DNA of 46,695 bases from Planctomycetes bacterium UBA4800 (GTDB taxonomy: Bacteria > Planctomycetota > UBA8108 > UBA8890 > UBA8898), in NCBI GenBank assembly GCA_002402755.1, contig DHGK01000335.1, positions 11,782 through 58,476 on the forward strand, given 5' to 3'. Positions 41,852 through 46,695 of the stretch are shown here, in pieces. The position numbers and the translations under genes are program-made. The notes beneath the pieces were generated by a model. It worked only from the letters and a program-made list of their open reading frames with translations, was not told where the DNA came from and did no database searches. Every line of letters begins with the position of its first letter. Within the stretch, counting starts at the first letter, position 1.

Positions 41852-42208
41852 ATGAGCACGTGGGACGACATCGACACCAGGGCCCGCAGCTCGAATTCCG
41901 AGCCGTACCGCGCACCCGCCGCCGTGTGCGCCGCCCTGGGGAACGAGAAGCGCATCGAGCTCGTCGCGCTTCTCTCCAAGGGAGCGCTGTCGGCGACGGA
42001 CCTGCGCGAGAAGACCGGCCTCTCGCGGAGCAGCCTCTCGCAGCACATGAACATCCTCGAGGCGCAGGGGCTCGTCAGGGCGAGGGCGAAGGGTCGCTGC
42101 GTCGGCTACGAGCTGGCGGGCGCCGCCGTCATCGATGTCTACCACGCGGTCGCGCGGCTGTGCCGCGAGCGCATCGAGGGGCTGCGCAAGCTCGCCCGGC
42201 AGCTCTGA
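41852..42208 (+). CDS. ArsR/SmtB-family transcriptional regulator
   Basis: 118 aa; 'AALGNEKRIELVALLSKGALSATDLREKTGLSRSSLSQHMNILEAQGLV' winged-HTH pattern. Confidence 0.85.
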   Translation: MSTWDDIDTRARSSNSEPYRAPAAVCAALGNEKRIELVALLSKGALSATDLREKTGLSRSSLSQHMNILEAQGLVRARAKGRCVGYELAGAAVIDVYHAVARLCRERIEGLRKLARQL

Positions 42209-42226
42209 AGAAGTGCCGGCCTTCCC

Positions 42227-42245
42227 GGGGCGCCGAAGGCGCCCC
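42227..42245. terminator. Perfect 8-bp GC hairpin between convergent arsR-like and lptD-like genes
   Basis: GGGGCGCC-gaa-GGCGCCCC; no clear U-tract on either strand. Confidence 0.35.
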
Positions 42246-42288
42246 AAAGAGGTGCCGCAGCTACCTTCACCTCCAGCCTACAGCCTCC

Positions 42289-44712
42289 CTACGGCCGCGG
42301 CCTGCTCCTGAACCCCGCCGGCATCGCCTGGACGACGTAGCGCACGTCGTTGTCCCCGTCGTCGATCTCGATGCCCATCTGGAACGTCACGCAGTCGAAC
42401 GTCCGCGAGATCCCGTAGAACTGCTCGGCGGTCGTGCCGCGCGCGAAGTCGTAGCGGTAGTACGCGCTCAGCATGTACACGTCCGACAGATTCCAGTCCA
42501 GGTCGGCCCAGAAGTAGTTGCTCTCCTTGCGGCCCAGGGCGCGGTCGCCGGTCAGGAAGAGATCGCCGGCCGTGATGACGAGCCTGCCGGGCAGCCGCAG
42601 GACGATGTAGGGGCTCAGCGCCTCGAACCCCTTGCCGCGCTCGGTGTCGATCTCGGCCTCGACCCCGATCGTGATGTTCCGGTGCACCAGGTCGGTGAAG
42701 AGGTCGAGGTGGACGTTCGACCAGTTCATGGGCCTGCCGTCGCCGCCGTGGCGGTTGTCGCGCGCGGCGTTCGGGTAGTATCTGGTCCGCGCCCGCAGCT
42801 CCAGCAACCGCTCGATCGCGCCCGACACGCCGGGCGTCGTGCGCTCCCGCCGTCCGAGAAGATAGGTCGCGAGAGCCAGCTCGAGGTACTGGAGCCTGTC
42901 GAGCGCGTCGATCGAGTCGAACTGGTAGAACTCCCCGCGGTCGCGCGAGGAGTAGAACGCGTTCGCGTACGTCACCTCGGGCACCACGACGTGCCGGATG
43001 CCGTTGATGCCGAGCCATGCCGACCTGACGGGGTAGTTGCGCCAGATCTGCGTCCCCGCGCTCGCGCCGCCCTCCTGGACGACGCGCTCCGCGTCGCCGG
43101 GCACGCTCCACCGGTGCTCGTAGTACGTGCCGCGGACGGCGTAGTAGGGCCGCAACCGGAGGTAGCGGCCGGCGCCGAAGGGCAGCGCCGCCGCGCCCTC
43201 GGCGTGATAGCGCGCCGTGCGGAACGAGTCCCCATCGGGATCGAATTCCGCGTCGGGAAGGTAGCGCAGGTTGCCCGCCCGCGCCATGCCCTCGATCGTG
43301 GGACCGGCCGCATCGGTGATGCGCTGCGGGAAGAGCTCCAGCCGGCCCTCGGGCAGGTACTCCTTCGCGCTCTCGAACTCGTTCACGCGCGGCGCGTACA
43401 GCACCGAGGCCAGGACCGTGTTGCTGAACTCGCGCCGCCACTGGACGTAGGTCTCGGGCGCGTGCTCGCCGTACAGCTCGTGCTGGAAGAACTCCTTGTA
43501 GAAGTTGCGATCGCGCCACTTGGCGACCTCGGCATCGAGAAAGCCCAGGAGCGGCATCTGCTGGCGGTGGAAGTAGCGCAGCCGGTACCTGTCCTCGGCG
43601 CGCCACTCGCCGGGTGAGTGCGGCGCGAAGAGCTCGTCCTGGCGGCGGTCATCGCCCGTGTCGTGGATGCCGTACAGCCGGAGCTCGCCGGCCATGTTCT
43701 TCCACGACCTTCCGAGCCAGCGCCGGGGGCGGCTGCCATAGCGGATCTCGGCACCGGCGCCGACGCCGCGCTTCGCGAAGCCGTCGACGAGCAGCTCGGC
43801 CCGCACGGGAACGCCGGTCGCGTCGCGGATGCCGCGCAAGAGCTGCGACGTCCCTGGTATGCGGCCGAGATCCCACGCCGTGCGCACGTTGTAGCCGAAC
43901 CGGCCCGACTTTCCGGCGCGCAGGCGCGTCAGCGGTATCGCGCGGAAGTGGCGCGTGGACAGGTTCGCGGGCGGCAGCGGCAGGATGCGGCGGTTGGCGA
44001 TCGACAGGTACTGGCCGCGCGGCCGGATCGTGTATTCGCCCGGCGAATCCTCCTCCTCGACCACCTCCACCGAGCCGCATTGCAGGCCCCAGTGCGGCGT
44101 GGAGAGATCGCAGGTCGAGACCGTGATGTCCCGGCCGGAGAAGTAGTGGAACCCGACACGCGCCTTGTCGCCCGCCGCCTGCACCTCCCCGACCTTGCCG
44201 CGAAAGCGCAGCTCGCGCGCCACGAGCATGAGGGTCGCCGGCAGGTTCTGCTCATCGAGGCTCGCCACGTTTCTGACGCGGAGCGTCGTGTTGACCGCCA
44301 GCCCCTGCAGCAGGCGGCCGTCGTACAGCAGCGCCTCGGCGCTCAGGAACGGTTCGGGGCCGTACTCGTACTCGCTGCCCGGTCCGACGATGACGTTGCC
44401 CTCGGCGTAGATCACGAAGGGATGCGTGACGCCGACCTTCCGGGGGTTGAGATAGTACACGAAGAGCAGGCGGTCCGCGCGGAAAACCACCCGCGTCGTC
44501 TCGAGACGGGCGTTCCCGAGCAACGCGAGGTACACGTAGGCGGGATCGCGCTCGTTGTCGTAGTTGAAAACCGTGCGGTCGGCCCGCTGCGAGACGAAAC
44601 CGGCTGCCTGGAGGGCCTCGCGGGGGCGCGCGATGCCCTCCACCCCGGCGGCCCGGACCGCCCCCCCGCAGGCGAGCAGCCCGGCCGCGAGTGCGGCCAG
44701 CGGTCTCTTCAT
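42289..44712 (-). CDS. lptD: LPS-assembly outer-membrane protein LptD-like (OstA N-domain + large beta-barrel)
   Basis: 807 aa from ATG 44712 (GAGGAG RBS); signal 'MKRPLAALAAGLLACGGAVRA'; OstA-like N-domain ('VFRADRLLFVY','IYAEGNVIV'); long alternating aromatic/Gly/Arg beta-strand region to the C-terminus. Confidence 0.6.
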   Translation of the reverse strand: MKRPLAALAAGLLACGGAVRAAGVEGIARPREALQAAGFVSQRADRTVFNYDNERDPAYVYLALLGNARLETTRVVFRADRLLFVYYLNPRKVGVTHPFVIYAEGNVIVGPGSEYEYGPEPFLSAEALLYDGRLLQGLAVNTTLRVRNVASLDEQNLPATLMLVARELRFRGKVGEVQAAGDKARVGFHYFSGRDITVSTCDLSTPHWGLQCGSVEVVEEEDSPGEYTIRPRGQYLSIANRRILPLPPANLSTRHFRAIPLTRLRAGKSGRFGYNVRTAWDLGRIPGTSQLLRGIRDATGVPVRAELLVDGFAKRGVGAGAEIRYGSRPRRWLGRSWKNMAGELRLYGIHDTGDDRRQDELFAPHSPGEWRAEDRYRLRYFHRQQMPLLGFLDAEVAKWRDRNFYKEFFQHELYGEHAPETYVQWRREFSNTVLASVLYAPRVNEFESAKEYLPEGRLELFPQRITDAAGPTIEGMARAGNLRYLPDAEFDPDGDSFRTARYHAEGAAALPFGAGRYLRLRPYYAVRGTYYEHRWSVPGDAERVVQEGGASAGTQIWRNYPVRSAWLGINGIRHVVVPEVTYANAFYSSRDRGEFYQFDSIDALDRLQYLELALATYLLGRRERTTPGVSGAIERLLELRARTRYYPNAARDNRHGGDGRPMNWSNVHLDLFTDLVHRNITIGVEAEIDTERGKGFEALSPYIVLRLPGRLVITAGDLFLTGDRALGRKESNYFWADLDWNLSDVYMLSAYYRYDFARGTTAEQFYGISRTFDCVTFQMGIEIDDGDNDVRYVVQAMPAGFRSRPRP

Positions 44713-44993
44713 TCTTCTCCTCACCGGCCGCACGCGCGGCCGTGAACGCGCGCCCGCGGCGCGGGATCGACCCCGGGGCGCACGGGCACGGCGAGATTAT
44801 ACGCACGGCCGCCGGACGCGACAAGCACAAACTGCGGCCGCGATCGAATAAATCCGCCTGCCGGCGCCGCGCGGCCCCGCGCCGCGCCCGCCGCGCGGCG
44901 CGTGCACTCGGGCGCGGCGCCGGATATAGTAGTCGTCCGGCCCGCCGCCCCGGCGCGCGGAGGGCCGAAACCGCAGCCCCGGGAGGCGGCGCA

Positions 44994-46097
44994 ATGACCA
45001 CGCCTGGAAACCCGCGCGCGACCCCCGATCCGCTCATCCTCACCCTGGATGCGGGCGGGACCAACTTCGTCTTCAACGCGATCAAGGGGTCCGGGCTCGT
45101 GCTCGACGCGGGGGTCGTCCTGCCCGCCGAGGGCCGCGACCTCCCGCGCTCGCTCGCCAATCTCATCCGGGGCTTCCGCGAGGTCGGGGAGCGCACGCGC
45201 GGCCTCGGCCCGCCCGCGGCGGCGAGCTTCGCCTTTCCCGGGCCGGCCGACTACCGGGCGGGCGTGATCGGCGAGCTGGAGAACATGCCCGCGTACGGCG
45301 GCGCGGTGCCGCTCGCCGCCGTGCTCCGCGAGGCGCTCGGCGTGCCCGTCTTCATCAACAACGATGGGGATCTCTTCGCGTGCGGCGCCGCGCGGTACGG
45401 CGAACTGCGCGAGCTCGACGGCGAGCTCCGGGCGCGCGGAAGCGCGCGGCGCCTGACAAGCCTCGCCGGCATGACGATCGGCACGGGATGGGGATGCGGC
45501 TTCGTCGCGGACGGCGTCATGTTCATCGGCTCGTCATCGACCGGCATGGAGATCGGCGCCTGTCCCTACATCGACGGCCGCGCCATCGAGGAGACGGTGA
45601 GCGCCGGCGGGCTCGTGCGCCTGTTCCGGGAGGAGCTCGGCCCGACTCCCTTCCCGTTCGATGCGGACGAGCCCGGCCTCCCCGAGCGCATCGCGGCGCT
45701 CGCCCGCGGGGGGCGCGGCGCCGCGGCCCCGGCCGCGGAACGGGCCTTCCGGCGCCTCGGGGAGGCCCTCGCCTTCGGCCTCAACTGGGCGATCGATCTC
45801 CTCGACCCCGATCTCGTCGTCATCGGCGGCGGACTTGCGGGGGCGTGGGATCTGACGGCGCCCCGCGCGCTCGCGTGTGCGCGCTCCGCGCACGTGTCCG
45901 GCAGGGCGCGCGGCTACAAGCGCCTCTTCGATCTGGGCGACGAGGTCGAGCGCGAGGAGTTTCTCCGCGACGAGACCTCGGTCATGGAGGGCAAGAAGAC
46001 GGGCATCGCGCGGAGCCGCCTCGGCACCGCCGAGGCGATCATGCGCGGGGCGTACGACTTCGCGCTGCGCGCCCTGGGCATCGACGCGGCCCCGTAG
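44994..46097 (+). CDS. ROK-family sugar kinase/regulator-like protein
   Basis: 367 aa from ATG 44994 (GGGAGG RBS); 'LTLDAGGTNFVF' phosphate-1 motif, 'VFINNDGDLFACG', 'MTIGTGWGCGFV' ROK/ASKHA pattern. Confidence 0.75.
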   Translation: MTTPGNPRATPDPLILTLDAGGTNFVFNAIKGSGLVLDAGVVLPAEGRDLPRSLANLIRGFREVGERTRGLGPPAAASFAFPGPADYRAGVIGELENMPAYGGAVPLAAVLREALGVPVFINNDGDLFACGAARYGELRELDGELRARGSARRLTSLAGMTIGTGWGCGFVADGVMFIGSSSTGMEIGACPYIDGRAIEETVSAGGLVRLFREELGPTPFPFDADEPGLPERIAALARGGRGAAAPAAERAFRRLGEALAFGLNWAIDLLDPDLVVIGGGLAGAWDLTAPRALACARSAHVSGRARGYKRLFDLGDEVEREEFLRDETSVMEGKKTGIARSRLGTAEAIMRGAYDFALRALGIDAAP

Positions 46098-46115
46098 CAA
46101 GCCCGCGGCCGGGTG

Positions 46116-46460
46116 CTACACGAAGGTCTCGTCGAAGGTCTCCTCCGGGAGCGGGCACGCGGCGGGCCGTCCGGCCGCTTCGGGCGCGCGCCGGAGCTGC
46201 CCCCTTTCGGCCGCCTCTTCGGCGCGGCGCAGGAGATCTCCTGCCTCGTCGTCCGCGAGGAACGCGCCCGAGCCCAGGGCGCGGGCGGCGGGCGGCGGGC
46301 GGCCGATGCAGGCGCTCCGCCGCACGGATCGAGTCGGGAGGGTGCCGTAGATGAAAACGGCAAGCGGGATCAGGGAATACGGGACTTCACCCACACACAC
46401 GCACGCAATGCTCACAAGACCCATCAAGGCATGCCCGAGCAATCTCTGACGCATCGCCAC
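46116..46460 (-). CDS. Small hypothetical membrane protein
   Basis: 114 aa; two N-terminal hydrophobic helices ('LLGHALMGLVSIACVCVG','LIPLAVFIYGTL'), acidic C-terminus; coding-type GC3; no family recognised. Confidence 0.45.
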   Translation of the reverse strand: MAMRQRLLGHALMGLVSIACVCVGEVPYSLIPLAVFIYGTLPTRSVRRSACIGRPPPAARALGSGAFLADDEAGDLLRRAEEAAERGQLRRAPEAAGRPAACPLPEETFDETFV

Positions 46461-46695
46461 CGCCTACGCACACCCTCCCCGACCAACCACCACAGTCACG
46501 ACCTCTTGTGTCCCGCACCCCGACGCGCCGGAAGGTGCGGCCGGCGCGAACGGGCAATACCCGGGGCTTGTGGCTCGCCGAGGTCTCCCCTCCTCGGCCG
46601 CAAAAGAATACGATACTTTCCCGGAACGTGCAACTTTTTCGGAACATTAGCCCCGCGAGAGAGTTGGGGGTTTTAATCTTGAGATTCGCGTGTAT

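Noticed and set aside
46461-46695. Plus-strand 187-aa ORF (46113-46676) and GGAAC...GGAAC / TTCCCGGAA motifs near the window end as an ECF-type promoter or a gene.
   Set aside because: The ORF translation is low-complexity (R/G/H/P-rich) and overlaps the better minus-strand membrane-protein ORF. The GGAAC motifs are not followed by a CGT-type -10 at 16-17 nt. The window ends before any downstream gene can be evaluated.
1-46695. Looked for transposases, integrases, phage genes, reverse transcriptases (DGR/retron), rRNA/tRNA genes and long terminal inverted repeats.
   Set aside because: I recognised none in any frame. The only repeats are the palindromic units at 23899-24065, the 24-nt in-frame tandem repeat at 31587-31658, and protein-level domain repeats.

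Overview
GC-rich bacterial chromosomal segment; third codon positions are almost all G/C, which produces many long spurious shadow ORFs. I support about 37 CDSs and found no rRNA, tRNA, CRISPR array, transposase or integrase. The gene content includes a Tat-exported sulfatase, xylose-isomerase-like TIM barrels, PEGA domains, an ECF sigma + Ser/Thr kinase pair and dockerin-bearing giant secreted proteins. This is most consistent with a Planctomycetota/PVC-like lineage, but that is inference only.

Layout:
- 25-7424: sulfatase, yefM-yoeB TA, a mosaic PEGA/ExbD-like/SecD-like secreted protein, an MNT antitoxin with a truncated HEPN partner, and the ECF sigma-kinase pair.
- 7443-21241: mostly housekeeping (M24 and M17 peptidases, cupin, nucleoside hydrolase, orphan EF-G paralog, Kv-type channel, hemerythrin, macro domain, aspartokinase coupled to a GalK-like kinase).
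- 21242-24141: small accessory islet (ParE/Phd TA, AAA+/DUF4143 ATPase, 470-bp noncoding gap, two copies of a compound palindromic element).
- 24142-26568: two-lobed alpha/beta hydrolase.
- 26578-39649: co-directional minus-strand array. A HEAT-repeat protein and an HD-GYP protein lie upstream of four secreted proteins: LamG/dockerin, a roughly 11-repeat CarboxypepD_reg protein, a Gly/Lys-rich protein, and a Cys-rich/cohesin-like/dockerin protein.
- 39982-46460: Tat TIM-barrel + DUF89, ArsR, LptD, ROK kinase and a small membrane protein.

The best candidate for an undescribed system is the array at 26578-39649, read as a non-cellulosomal cohesin-dockerin surface assembly next to a c-di-GMP module. 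All domain calls come from reading motifs by eye, with no searches run. AT-rich sigma70-like hexamers stand out against the GC-rich background and were used to refine starts and operon structure.
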